A stretch of 32,000 nucleotides of DNA. Source: Halomicronema hongdechloris C2206 (lineage in GTDB: Bacteria > Cyanobacteriota > Cyanobacteriia > Phormidesmidales > Phormidesmidaceae). The notes below the pieces were generated by a model that saw nothing but the letters and a program-made list of their open reading frames with translations, did no database searches and had not been told where the DNA came from. The DNA is taken from assembly GCF_002075285.3 (NCBI RefSeq), contig NZ_CP021983.2, positions 4,170,001 to 4,202,000 of the forward strand, read 5' to 3'. This document shows, in pieces, positions 16,879 to 27,141 of this stretch. Positions within the stretch are counted from its first letter, which is position 1. The number at the start of each line of letters is the position of its first letter. A program made the position numbers and the translations under genes.

Positions 16879-18110
16879 ATGGCCTTCGTCGAGACTGGAA
16901 ACGCCATTGGTGCCGTCACCCAGCTGTTGCGGGAGCACCTACTGCCGCCGACGGTGCCGGAAGCCGATATCACCGTGGGCCGGCCTGAGGCTGCTGCTAC
17001 CTCGTCCCAAAACCCCAAACTCAACCTATTTCTCTACGAGATCCAGTTCGACCCCAGCCTGCGCAATCACGCCCTAGACAAAGGCCAACCCTTTCCCCTC
17101 TGGTTAGTGCTGAAATATCTGCTCACCGCCTTCGATACCAGTGGCGACAGCGATAGTATTTCGGCCCACGGACTGTTGGGAGAGGGGATGCGGGCCTTGC
17201 AAGAATTAGGCCTTTCTCCCCCTTAATTGGCTCCACCAGCCCCCCTCAACACCCGTGCCGCCCTGCAAGATAACCCCGAACCCCTCAAAATCACCTTCGA
17301 TCAGACATCGTCAGATCTGCTCTCTAGGGTGATGCAGGGCTCGGAGGAAAAGTATCGCTGCTCCATCGGGTTTGAGGTGCGCCCGGTGATGATTACCACC
17401 CGCCAGCCCTCCTTCCTATTCCTTGTTGGTGGGGCATCGACTATACCACCGACACCATTATCGGTGAGGCGGGCATCAGCATTCCCGTGTTGCCTGCCAT
17501 GGGGGGCCGATGCTGCGGGATTTATCTCCCCCTAGGGTGACGCCGATTAATCCCGATGTGCCCACAGCTGTTATCCCAACGGTCACCCTGCGGGGGCAAA
17601 ACCTGGCCCTGACCGATCTCTCGGTGCGCCTGGGGGCCGCTAGAGTTGGCCATGGTGGCCCAGTCTCCTGGCGAAATTCAGGTTGCCGTTAACGGCGATA
17701 TCCCCAATGGGGAGAGGTGATTTCAGCCGGCAGTCACCCCCTGTGTGTGGTGCAAGCATTGCCGGACGATCACCGAGCGCAGTAGTAATCTACTGGTGCT
17801 CAATCTGCTGCCTCTGTTAACCAGTGCTGAGTACAGTGTCAGCCCCGACCCCGAGTTACAGGGGGTGCTGACCCTGAACGGTCGATTATTGGGCACGACG
17901 GCAGACGATATTTTTGTCGCCCTCTACCGGGAAGGTGACACGATCCAGGTGTTTGATGCCGTGGAGCCGGTGGTGCCGCTGGCGATTCCGCAAACCCAAC
18001 TGCGGCTACCGATTCGTCCTGCTGACCCGGTGCCGCTGGATGGCGATCGCATCATCCTGCGGGTCAATGGCCAGCAAGCCCATAATAGCCCCTTGGTGAC
18101 CCTGCTATGA
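16879..18110 (+). pseudogene. DUF4255 (Pvc16_N/Afp16-like tail cap) protein with C-terminal Ig/IPT-like extension; frame-disrupted as given
   Basis: MAFVETGNAIGAVTQLLREHL...KLNLFLYEIQFDPSLRNH...PLWLVLKYLLTAF and ...PEPLKITFDQTSSDLLSRVMQ...YRCSIGFEVRPVMI match DUF4255. There is a TAA at 17224-17226, which two compensating C-run indels could also explain. Frame switches occur near 17431, 17501, 17632, 17716 and 17773. The corrected reading is continuous to the stop at 18110. Confidence 0.7.
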
Positions 18111-20273
18111 CTACCCTGAGTCAGCCCATTACCTTCTCTCCTGGCCTGCAGGCCGCCGATGCCAGTGCCAATGCCTGGCTGCGACAGGTGACTCTGCGGC
18201 TGCGGCGGAGAAATTTGCTGGCGCTGGCACCAACAGGGATACACGACGGCGGCTGGAACCACTACCCTGCCTGCCTTGGAAGACCGTCTCAAGGGAAAGT
18301 CTAGATCTCAGGTCGCCACTGGCACGATAAGTGCCACTTCTTTGCCACCGATGTCACCGCCCGCTACTTGACGGAGCAGATCGAGGCCGTTTCCCCGGTG
18401 CCCGGGAAGAGTCCCCAAGGGGAGCTTTGGTGGGGTGGTCGAGGCCCTGGCCCTAGACGATGCGGCGGCCTTCGTGCTGGCCCTTGGCCCTAACCCCCGT
18501 CTTCGATGCGGCGGCGGCACCGGTGATCGCTACCTGTCAGAATAATCCGGCTGCCACTCAACCGACCTTAGCCCTGGCCCAAACGCTGTGGGATCGCCCC
18601 GGCGAGATTCTGGCTCTAGCCGATGGCAGCCATCCCCTGTGGCGCTATGGTCTCTTGTCAGCAGCCTTAGAGCCCTTAGGATGGGACGCGCCGTTGACGG
18701 TGGCGCCGCTGATTGCCCGGCAGCTGCTGTTGACCCCAGCTGGCCTGCCGGCTGATGTCAGCCTCTGGTCCTGGGGCGAGGCTCCCTTGCCGTCACTGTC
18801 GGCTAGTGGTCAGGTGATGGCCCAGCGCTTGCGGCTGGCCCCGACATGCCTGCGCATTGTGCCCATTCAGGCAGCGGCAGGAACTCTGGCCCAGCCGACG
18901 ATTCAAGCCATGACTCGGGTGAGTCAGCGGCCAGTGCTGGCCTTGAGCGACTGGGCGGTCACCGGCGATGAGGCGCTCAAGAGCCTGTTGACTCTGGCCT
19001 GGCTACGGGGGACTGATCTCTATCTGCCGGGGCGCTCTGTCAAGACAGGCGGCGGCGATGACCAGTCTCAGGGTTACCCAGCCTTACAGGCCCTGGCAGG
19101 CGCTGCCGATGACGGTGTTTTGGCGCCAGGGGCAATGGCCCCCCATTAGCGGCCTTTGCCAGCCAGCAAGTTCTCCCTATCCTGGAATTGCCCCGGTTGG
19201 ACTATTGCGATCGCATCCAAACCTGGTACCAAGCCCTGGGATTGCAGGACACCGACGCCAGCCCTGCCCTGCAGCAGGACATTGCGAATGCGCCCGCCGC
19301 TTCGCTACGAACCCCAGACCATCCACCGCATTGCCGCCGGAATCCCGGCTGCGACCGATGCCGGCCTCACCCTCACCGCCGCCTGTCGGGCCGAGATGGC
19401 CTTAGACATGGGAACTCTGGCCCAACCCGTCAGGCCTCGCTTTTAGCGCCCAGGAATTGGTGCTACCGCCCAAACAACATCAGCAATTTCAGGAAATTCT
19501 CCAGGCCATGACCGCCCTCACCCAGGTGCACTACCAGTGGGGCACGGCCCGGGCCTGGAACGAATGCGGCATTTCCGTCTTATTTGCTGGCCCCCCCTGG
19601 CACCGGCAAAACCATGGCCGCCGAAGCCCTGGCTCACCAGCTGGACCTGCCCATGTACCGCATCGACCTGTCCCAGGTGGTGAATAAATACATCGGCGAA
19701 ACCGAAAAGAACCTGAAGCGCCTCTTCGACACCGCCGATATCTCTGACACGGTGCTCTTTTTCGACGAAGCCGACGCCCTCTTCGGCCGCCGCACCGAAG
19801 TCAAAGATGCCCACGACCGCTACGCCAACCTGGAAATCAGCTACCTGCTAGAGCGCATGGAACGCTTCCAGGGCCTGGCCATCCTGGCCACCAACCGGCA
19901 AAAAGATCTCGACGACGCCTTCCTGCGCCGGCTGCGCTACATCATCGAATTTCCTCTGCCCGAAGAACGAGAACGCCGCCGCCTCTGGCAGCAGGTGATC
20001 CCACCCCAGGTAGACGCCAGCCAGCTCGATATCGCCTTTCTGGCCCGCCAGTTCCCCCTGGCCGGGGGCCATATCCGTTCCATTATCTTCAATGCCTGCC
20101 TGCAAACCGCCCGCTCCCCCACTCTCCCACTCCCCCACTCCCCATCCCCCGCCCTCTCCATGGAGACCGTCTTGATCGCCGTCAAACGAGAATACGACAA
20201 ACTCAACCGTTCCGTCAGCCAAACCCAGTTTGGCCCCTATGCCCCCCTACTTGAGAGGCTCGACCATGCCTGA
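18107..20273 (+). pseudogene. Afp15-like AAA+ ATPase with long N-terminal domain; N-terminal two thirds frame-disrupted, AAA+ module (19598-20273) intact
   Basis: ISVLFAGPP|GTGKTMAAEALAHQLDLPMYRIDLSQVVNKYIGETEKNLKRLFD...VLFFDEADALFGRRTEVKDAHDRYANLEISYLLERMERFQGLAILATNR. There are about 10 frame switches between 18209 and 19597. The last is a C7 run (19591-19597) inside Walker A. Confidence 0.8.
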
Positions 20274-20528
20274 TCGACGCATCCACATCCAACGCCTAGT
20301 GATTCGGACCCGAGGGCTGCCAGAGTCCACGGTGCGGACGGCCCTAGCCGGGCTAGACATGGCTCTGCAGGTGGAAGCCGCCCGCCATCCAAATCTGGCC
20401 CAGGCTGCAGCCACCCTAGATCATCTGGACCCAACTCCTGTCCGGGCCCGCGGCGATAGCCAGCAGCTGCGCCCAGCCATTGCCCAGCGGGTGATGGCAG
20501 CCATTGCCCCACACCCTCCAAGTCGTAA
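20266..20528 (+). CDS. small hypothetical protein downstream of the ATPase
   Basis: The ATG at 20266 overlaps the ATPase stop by 8 nt (MPDRRIHIQRLVIRTRGLPESTV...). As given, it reads without a stop into the next gene. A 1-nt change in the C4 run at 20507-20510 would end it at the TAA at 20526-20528. Confidence 0.35.
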
Positions 20529-20547
20529 CCCATCCAGGACCCATCCC

Positions 20548-21243
20548 ATGGTTTCTTTGATTCGAGGCGCCATCATCGAATACGGCAGTGATTTCCTGGG
20601 ACCCCTGCCCAATGTGGTCATCTTCCAATTCAACCCCGACAGTCTCGCTCGCACCCTACAGATTCCCTCTCGACCGGAACAATCTCGCCGCCCAGAGCGC
20701 TATGCCACCGGTGATAGCCCCCATGAAACCATTTCTCTCACGGCCCATTTCAGTGCGGCTGACCAGCTGGATGCCGGTAATCCCCTGGCCACCACCCCTT
20801 CGGCATTGGCCCCCAACTGGCAGCCCTAGAGCAAATGGTTTACCCCAGCAGCACCCTCAGCGGCTTTGATTGGCAAAGCCGTGGATGCTGTTGGCGATGC
20901 CCTGGGCTTGGGCGGCGACGGTGCTCCTGCCACGCAGTCTATTCCCCGGGTGGCGCTGCCCAGATTGTTATTTATCTGGGGTGACACCCGGGTATTGCCG
21001 GTCGAAATTACCTCGATGTCCATCACCGAGCAGCAGTATGACCATCGACTTCACCCCATCCAGGCGGAAGTGGCCCTGGGCCTCTCGATCCCCACCCAGG
21101 AGAGCTTCCGGGTCAATGACGATGCCATCGGTCGCGGTGCCCTGGAATATTCCACCCTGGCCCGAGAAGCCCAGGCCATTGTGAACCTGGCCAATACCGC
21201 CAGCCAGGCCGCCGATTTGGTGACGGATTTGGTGTCGTTTTGA
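20548..21243 (+). pseudogene. CIS tube-fold protein (tube-initiator candidate); two frame switches as given
   Basis: MVSLIRGAIIEYGSDFLGPLPNVVIFQFNPDSLARTLQIP...ETISLTAHFSAADQLD, then GIGPQLAALEQMVYP in another frame (about 20797-20862), then back to ...RLLFIWGDTRVLPVEITSMSITEQQYDHRLHPIQAEVALGLSI. Confidence 0.55.
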
Positions 21244-21312
21244 TCCGTGGGTCTTCCCCTACCGAGCGGTGTTTCTCAAGTTCGAGCAGGGTCACCTACG
21301 TTCCCTTTCACT

Positions 21313-21388
21313 CTCCGTCCTCCGCCCTCCGCCCTCCCTCCTCCGCTCTCCGTTCTCCGTCCTCCGTCCTCCGCTCTCCCTTCTCCCT
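21313..21388. repeat. eleven tandem CTCCGYY-type heptamers (STRR-like) filling the gap before the LysM gene
   Basis: Units CTCCGTC, CTCCGCC x2, CTCCCTC, CTCCGCT, CTCCGTT, CTCCGTC x2, CTCCGCT, CTCCCTT and CTCCCTA abut the ATG at 21389. All three forward frames are open across the array. Confidence 0.85.
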
Positions 21389-21649
21389 ATGTTCCTCGAA
21401 ACCTCTCGCTATTACCGGGTGCCCCAAGCCGACGTCGCCCTCCCAGGACGCACCGTCCGGGCCGTGTGCCGGCGCCGTTTACCAAAAGTCGAAGGCATCC
21501 CCTACACGGTTCAAGACCAAGACCGCCTGGATATCCTGGCCCAGCGCCAGTACGACAACTCCACCCAGTTCTGGCGCATCGCCGATGCCAATACCGAACT
21601 CGAGGCCAATGACTTGGTTAAAGAGCCCCTGAGAGAGATTCGAATCTAG
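21389..21649 (+). CDS. LysM-like tail protein (P2 gpX-like)
   Basis: 86 aa. ...GIPYTVQDQDRLDILAQRQYDNSTQFWRIADANTELEANDLVKEP fits a LysM/gpX fold. An alternative GTG start at 21269 would translate the heptamer array. Confidence 0.65.
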   Translation: MFLETSRYYRVPQADVALPGRTVRAVCRRRLPKVEGIPYTVQDQDRLDILAQRQYDNSTQFWRIADANTELEANDLVKEPLREIRI

Positions 21650-22268
21650 CGCCTATAGCCCGCTCTATCAACCCCAATACCCATTGCCCTCTAACTTTTT
21701 TCTGTCCGCTTTCTGTCCGCCTTTAATTTTTCATTCTGCATACCTTGAATCGCGCGCACTCTATACTCACCTATCCATGCACTCATCCCCTCGCTTACCC
21801 TATTCCCATCCTGGTTGGGCTGAAGTCGAAGTACCTGTGGTGTATGGCTTTCAGCTAGGCCTCGGCCTGAGCTCGGCCGAACGGCTTCGCCAAGCGCGAC
21901 AGCGGCTCTGCAGGAGCGACACCGTCGAACCGCTGCCTGGATCGCGTGGAAGGGCCTGTTGGTCAGTGGCGATGGACCATGATAAGACCACGCTTAGTTT
22001 TCCAAGCCAAAGATCTCACCCGAGGGGATCTCGTTCCCCTCGGACTCCTACGACCAGGGCGAACCGCTTGTGGTGAGCGGAGTCGAACTACCACCCTGGA
22101 CCCTGCGGAAGGGATGGCCGATCAGCCGTTCAAGATCGCGTCGCATCGGTGAAGTAACGAGCTTTTCTGCATTGGGAGCGGCAACCCGCCCTAACCTATT
22201 CCTTTTTCCGTTCTCCGCCCTCCTTCTCCGTTTTCCTTTTCCTCATCACTCCATTTCTAGCTCCTGCC
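21650..22268. repeat. 619-bp non-coding insertion made of the dispersed repeat family, inside the CIS operon
   Basis: Left end: TTTCTGTCCGC x2 (21699-21720). Right end: degenerate TTCTCCG/CTCCGCC heptamers (22200-22245). Core blocks are shared with 4957-5240: TTCGCCAAGCG (21886-21896 vs 5187-5197) and GTGAGCGGAGTCGAACT (22073-22089 vs 5018-5034, 1 mismatch). There is a perfect 9-bp hairpin CCGAGGGGA/TCCCCTCGG at 22020-22043. Confidence 0.7.
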
Positions 22269-23386
22269 ATGATCGAATACCGCCTCTATATCGATAACAC
22301 CCCCGCCAGCCGCGAGCAGCTGGATCTGGTGGAAGACATTACCGTCGAGCAGGCGGTGGATATGGCCTGGGAGGCTCGCTTGCAGATTCCCATTGGCACC
22401 GATGAACAAGGGCAATGGAACCGAGAGGCCGAGGAGTTGTTTGCCGAGTTCACCCCGGTGCGGATTGAGCTGCGGGTGGGAGATGGGGCCTTTTCACCCC
22501 TGATCGATGGGCCGGTGGTGGATATTGAGACCCAGATGCAGACGGAACCAAGACAGAGCATGGTCACCATCGTGGTGCAAGACGACAGCGTGTTCTTAAA
22601 CCGAGAAGACCGGATTTTCCGCTTCGATCAATTGCTGGACCACCAGATTGCCGAGGAGCTGTTTGGTGAGGTGCCTCAGATTACCACCACTGACATTGCC
22701 ACCACCCCGGCCCCCAGTAGTAACAGTGATATTTCGGTAGTGCAGCGGGGGACTGCCATGCAACTGTTGCGATCGCTAGCCCAGCGCCAGGGCATGCATG
22801 CCTATGTGCTGCCAGGGGAGACCCCGGGGCAGAGCATCGGCTGCTTCCAGCCCTTTTCTACCGAGCCTGGAGATCTGCCGCCCCTGACCCTAATGGGGCC
22901 AGAGCGCAACCTGGACACCTTTTCTCCCCACGATGACCTGCAGCGTCCGGCCCGGGTCACCACCTATGCCCTCAGCCTGCTAGATAAGACGGTGACCCAG
23001 CGCACCACTGACCCGGGCGACTTAGACCGCCTCGGTCCCAATCCTGCCCTGGACGAAGACACCCGTCCAGCCGCCCAGATTCTGCCGCCCCATTACGGCG
23101 ATGCCGTAGATCTGGACCAGATGGCGGCCGCCGCCGCCGAGCGGGCCAGCTATGCCTCAGAGGTGAGCGGCACGGTCTTGGGGCACTACTACCGGGGCAT
23201 TCTATTGCCCTACCAGGTGGTCACAGTACGGGGAGTGGATCCCGGCGCAGCGGCCCCTACCTGATTACCCAGGTCACCCATGCCCTGACCCGCACCGAAT
23301 ATTCCCAAACCTTTAGCCTGCGGCGCAATGCCCGCTCAGAAGGGGTCGGGGACAACTTTGCTGATCTCGTGGGAGCAATCTATTGA
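22269..23386 (+). CDS. baseplate hub protein, phage late control gene D (gpD)-like; one frame switch near 23230
   Basis: MIEYRLYIDNTPASREQLDLVEDITVEQAVDMAWEARLQIP... is intact for 320 codons. The C-terminus SGPYLITQVTHALTRTEYSQTFSLRRNA... continues in the -1 frame after the G4 run at 23230-23233. The stop overlaps the next ATG. Confidence 0.75.
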
Positions 23387-23912
23387 TGACGACCTCAGAC
23401 TATGAGCGGATGATGGTGGAACTCTCGGAGTTTCAGCGATCGCGCTATTTCGGCAAATACCGTGGCCTAGTGCGGGACGTGGACGACCCCGACAATCTAG
23501 GGCGACTGGTGGCGCAGGTACCCGAGGTCTACGGCCAGGAAGATTCCCCTTGGGCCTGGCCGGCTGTGCCCTTTGCCGGGGCCAGCCATGGTCTGGTGCT
23601 CTTACCTGAAGTGGGGACGGCGTCTGGATCGAGTTTGAAGCTGGGGATATCTCTCGGCCCATCTGGACTGGCTGCTGGTGGGCCAGGGGCGAACTGCCTG
23701 ACCCCGGCAGCACCGAAACTCGCACCTTAGTGACTAGTCGGGGCCACAAGCTGGTGCTGGATGACCGCAACGATCAGGTGCAATTGCTCCATGCTGGCGG
23801 TGCCGAACTGACCATGACCAATACCGCCATCACTCTCAAGATTGGGGCCACCCAGGTGGAGCTCTCCGCCAGCGGAGTCAACATCAACAATGGAGCATTC
23901 CAGGTGCGCTAA
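23386..23912 (+). CDS. baseplate spike, gpV/VgrG-like (OB-fold plus beta-helix tip); one frame switch at 23613-23616
   Basis: RYFGKYRGLVRDVDDPDNLGRLVAQVPEVYG...WAWPAVPFAG...LLPEVG, then, with one G missing from a G run, DGVWIEFEAGDISRPIWTGCWW...TSRGHKLVLDD...QVELSASGVNINNGAFQVR. Confidence 0.78.
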
Positions 23913-24244
23913 TGGCCGGATCCTATCTCACCACTGCCAGTATGATTATGTGTCCCCACGGGGGTCAGGCCACCCTGTTTACCAGCAACACGGCGGTCGA
24001 GGCCGATGGCGCCCCCGTGCTGCTGGAAACCGACGTGCACCCGGTGGCGGGCTGCCCCTTTACCGTAGGCCCCAAATATTCCCCCTGCGTCCGCATTCAA
24101 TGGTCGGCAGGGACCCTGCAAACCACCATCAACGGCACCCCGGCCTGGTTTAAAACCAGCATCGGCCAGTGCTACAACGCCGAAGGGGCTCCCCAAGGCG
24201 TTGCCGTCATTGTGTACACCCAACCCCAGGCAGACTCGCGATGA
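23912..24244 (+). CDS. PAAR-like spike-tip protein (DUF4280-type)
   Basis: 110 aa, intact. ...TASMIMCPHGGQATL...HPVAGCPF...PCVRIQW... The TAATG overlap with the spike gene and the position directly after it fit a PAAR-like cap. Confidence 0.65.
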   Translation: MAGSYLTTASMIMCPHGGQATLFTSNTAVEADGAPVLLETDVHPVAGCPFTVGPKYSPCVRIQWSAGTLQTTINGTPAWFKTSIGQCYNAEGAPQGVAVIVYTQPQADSR

Positions 24245-24622
24245 TTCCCCCCGATGGCCGCCACCTCTCGTTCCCGTTTCGCATTGCCGCCGATGGCCGC
24301 ACTGCCCAGGTCGATACCCTGGAGCAGCATGTGCGGGATGAGTTGATTCAGCTGATTCTGACCAATCCGGGAGAACGGTTGTTTCTGCCCGAGTTGGGCC
24401 GGGGGTGCGGCGGCTGGTGTTTGAGAATGCCGGAGAGATTACGGCAGCAGCGGCCAAAGCCACCCTGACCCAGGCCCCTGTCCCGTTGGTTGGGACAACG
24501 GGTGATCCCGGAAGAACTGGTGGTGGGAAAGCAACAACGGAACCATCACCGTCGATCTGCGCTATCGGTAGGCCGGATCCCCCGACCAGCGCCGTCTCCG
24601 CTTTGAACGCCAGGGAGGTTAG
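24241..24622 (+). pseudogene. baseplate wedge protein gp25/gpW-like; 3-5 frame disruptions as given
   Basis: SFPFRIAADGRTAQVDTLEQHVRDELIQLILTNPGERLFLPELG(R)G | VRRLVFENAGEITAAAAKATLTQA | LSRWLGQRVIPEELVV | ESNNGTITVDLRYR. Switches occur at the G5 run 24401-24405, the C4 run 24475-24478 and the G3 run 24525-24527, plus a TAG at 24569. Confidence 0.7.
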
Positions 24623-24624
24623 CC

Positions 24625-27141
24625 ATGGCCATTGTGAATCCAGAAGCGCTGCGGGAGCGGGCCAATAACCTGGGAGAGTTCAACGGCATGGCGCGGGTAC
24701 TGGTGGAACTGACCCCAGCCGCGGCCCCCCCACAGAAGCCCATTTATTGGTGCATTTCTTCAATGACCAGGGGCTGGCCAGCCTGGTCGCGGCGGGTGGC
24801 TGCCGACCTGGCTTTAGCCAAACAATTTTTCATGATTTCTGGGGGCCATCGCATTCTCGGCGGTCCCCTGACCGATCCAGGTGCAGGTGGTCAATGTGAC
24901 CGCCACCCCTGTCTCCACGGTGTTAGACCTGACCGTCACCCCCCATTGGCGACTATTCCACCTATACCCTCAGCCTCAACTACGACACCATTGACCCCTT
25001 CTTCAGTGACCTGCCCTTTAAGTTTCGCCCCGGTTGCTTTAGCAGCGATTGTGCCCCGGCATGGGACCCGCCCGGCTCCCTTAGACGAGCCTGCCATCGA
25101 CTACTTTGGCCAAGGACTACGACAGCTTTCGCCATGCCCTGATGGCGGCCATGGCCCAGCGGGTACCGGGCTGGCGACCCCACCAGGCGAAGCCGACCTA
25201 GACCAGGTGTTGCTGAGTCTATTCAGTGCCGCCGCCGATGAACTCAGTGACTTTCAAGACCGGGGTGATGAACGAGGCCACCTTGAGTACCCTGCGGAAG
25301 CGGGTGTCCCTGGCTCGCCATGCCCGCCTGATGGACTACCACTTGGCACCAGGGCAACCAGGCCAGTAGCTGGCTGGCCCCTGATTTTACAGCCCGGAGG
25401 TCCAGCCTAGAGGTACCCAAACCCGATCTGCTAGTGCCCGATCGACCGCGTTCCCCTGGTGGTGTGGGCCGGTTCAGAAGAGGTAACCGACCCAGCCGGC
25501 AGTCGTGTTTATGAGTCCGTCGCCGCCCTGGATACCCCCCAACAGCTGGATAGTCTGCTGAACCAGATGGGCCCTCTACACTTGGGATGGCGCCATTCCG
25601 GCTCTGGCAGCGGGCAGCACCACGGCAGATTTGCTGCTACTGGCCGGGGGACCGGAGGGTCCCTATGGTCTCACCACTAGTGAGACCTCGGCCCGGCAGG
25701 TGGAGACCTTGATCCGCTCTGGGGCCATCACCACCTTGCTGATTCAAGAGCGGCTGAATCCGGCCACGGGGGAACGGGCGGGGCGCAATCCGAATAAGCG
25801 ACAGCTGTTACGGCTGTTGCCAGGCGATCTAGGAGCGACAGCCAAGCTCGATCCGCTTCGGGATATCTGGTATGTGGAGGTCCACTGGCGGCAGCAAGAT
25901 GCTCTGAAATTTAACTACTGCTTTACCGTCGATTGTCCCGATGGCCAAGTGGAGCATGTGTCCCTCTTCCACGGCAACTTGCTGCCCGGTGTACCACGGT
26001 CGACCCCGGGAGATTCTATTTGAGGAGCCGGTTGAGCCTTTGGCGGCAGGGCGCTTTCTACTTCCAGCGCACTGAGCGCTGGGGCACGATCTGTCGTCTG
26101 CCTCCGGAACCCCTGGCCTATCAAAACACCCCACCTGGAGGTGAAATCCCGCCCGTATCTACCCTGGCGGTGGAGGTAGTGACGGACGGGGTGGTAGACC
26201 CCTGGGATGAGGTGATCGATCTGATCCACAGCGACGACAGCACCGAAAATGGCGATCACTTCATGGTGGAAACCGATGAGCTGGGCCGCAGTCTGCTGCG
26301 GTTTGGCAACGGCATCAACGGCCGCCAGTTACCGGTCAATGCCCAGGTACGCTGTCGCTATCAGGTGGGCCTGGGGCTGGCGGGAAACATCGGCTTCGAC
26401 CAGCTGCGGCAATGTCGATGCCGACGCCTATCCCGAGATTGTCGCCTGCTGGAACCCCTTCGATGTGGTGGATGGACGGGCCCCGGAACCTGCCCTGAAG
26501 TAATACGTCGGGCTCCGGAAGCCTAATCGCTTTCGGCAGCTGCGGGCGGTGACCCGGCAAGACTATGAGAACCGGGCCGAAGAACTAGCGGAGGTCTTCG
26601 CGGGCGGCGGCTCACTATGCCTGGACTGGCAGCTGGCGGACGGTGCAAATTGCCATCGATCCCCAGGGGGCCACGGAGCTAACGCCTGCCCTGCGGCAGA
26701 AACTGGCCCGCCATTTGGACGCCGTGCGGCTGCTGGGGGGAAGACCTGGAAATTCGCCGCCCCCGCTTCGTGCCCCTGGATATTCGGGTGGGGCTGTGTA
26801 TTCATCCGAGTTATTGGCCGGAAAGATATTCGCTTGGTGCTGGAGCAGGAATTTTCCCAGGGATATACCCCCGATGGTCGCCTGGCCTTCTTCCAATCCC
26901 GAATCGCTGGACTTTGGGCAACCCCCCTCTATGCCAGCCAGATTGCCGGGCGGATCCAGGCGGTGTCAGGCATAGACCAATGTTGTCTCCATTAGATGAA
27001 ACGTTGGAATGACGCCACCCCAAGGTATCGAGGGCCATCACGCCCGGCCTGGGGCGCCAATGATAATTATTCGTGCGCAATGACCCCGACCATGCAGGAA
27101 ACGGCGTCATTGCCTTTGACATCCGTGGAGGCCGCCAATGA
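24625..27141 (+). pseudogene. baseplate J/gp6-like protein; about 25 frame switches as given
   Basis: Stitched reading: MAIVNPEALRERANNLGEF...FKFRPGCFSSDCAPAWD...AIDY(L)AKDYDSFRHALMAAMAQRVPGW...ADLDQVLLSLFSAAADELSDFQDR|VMNEATLSTLRKRVSLARHARLMDYH...RAVTRQDYENRAEELAEV|SRAAAHYAWTGSWRTVQIAIDPQG...RPRFVPLDIRVGLCIHPSYWPE...NDPDHAGNGVIAFDIRGGRQ*. The longest clean stretches are 25574-25985 and 26056-26405. Confidence 0.75.

Noticed and set aside
17224-17226. TAA in DUF4255, and TAG at 24569, as recoded or readthrough stop codons
   Set aside because: Each lies between two C or G homopolymer runs where compensating +/-1 indels restore a sensible peptide. TAA is not a known recoding signal in bacteria.
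21684-22152. 130-aa and 68-aa + strand ORFs inside the 619-bp intra-operon gap
   Set aside because: They have TTG-type starts without an RBS, the sequence is built from dispersed repeat words, and the peptides are Arg/Ser/Pro-rich with no family resemblance.
21780-22170. Structured RNA gene (intron, RNase P-like or retron ncRNA) in the intra-operon gap
   Set aside because: Apart from one 9-bp hairpin and GC-rich palindromic words, I could not fold it into any known RNA family. No reverse transcriptase or intron ORF is nearby, and the sequence words shared with other repeat loci explain it better.
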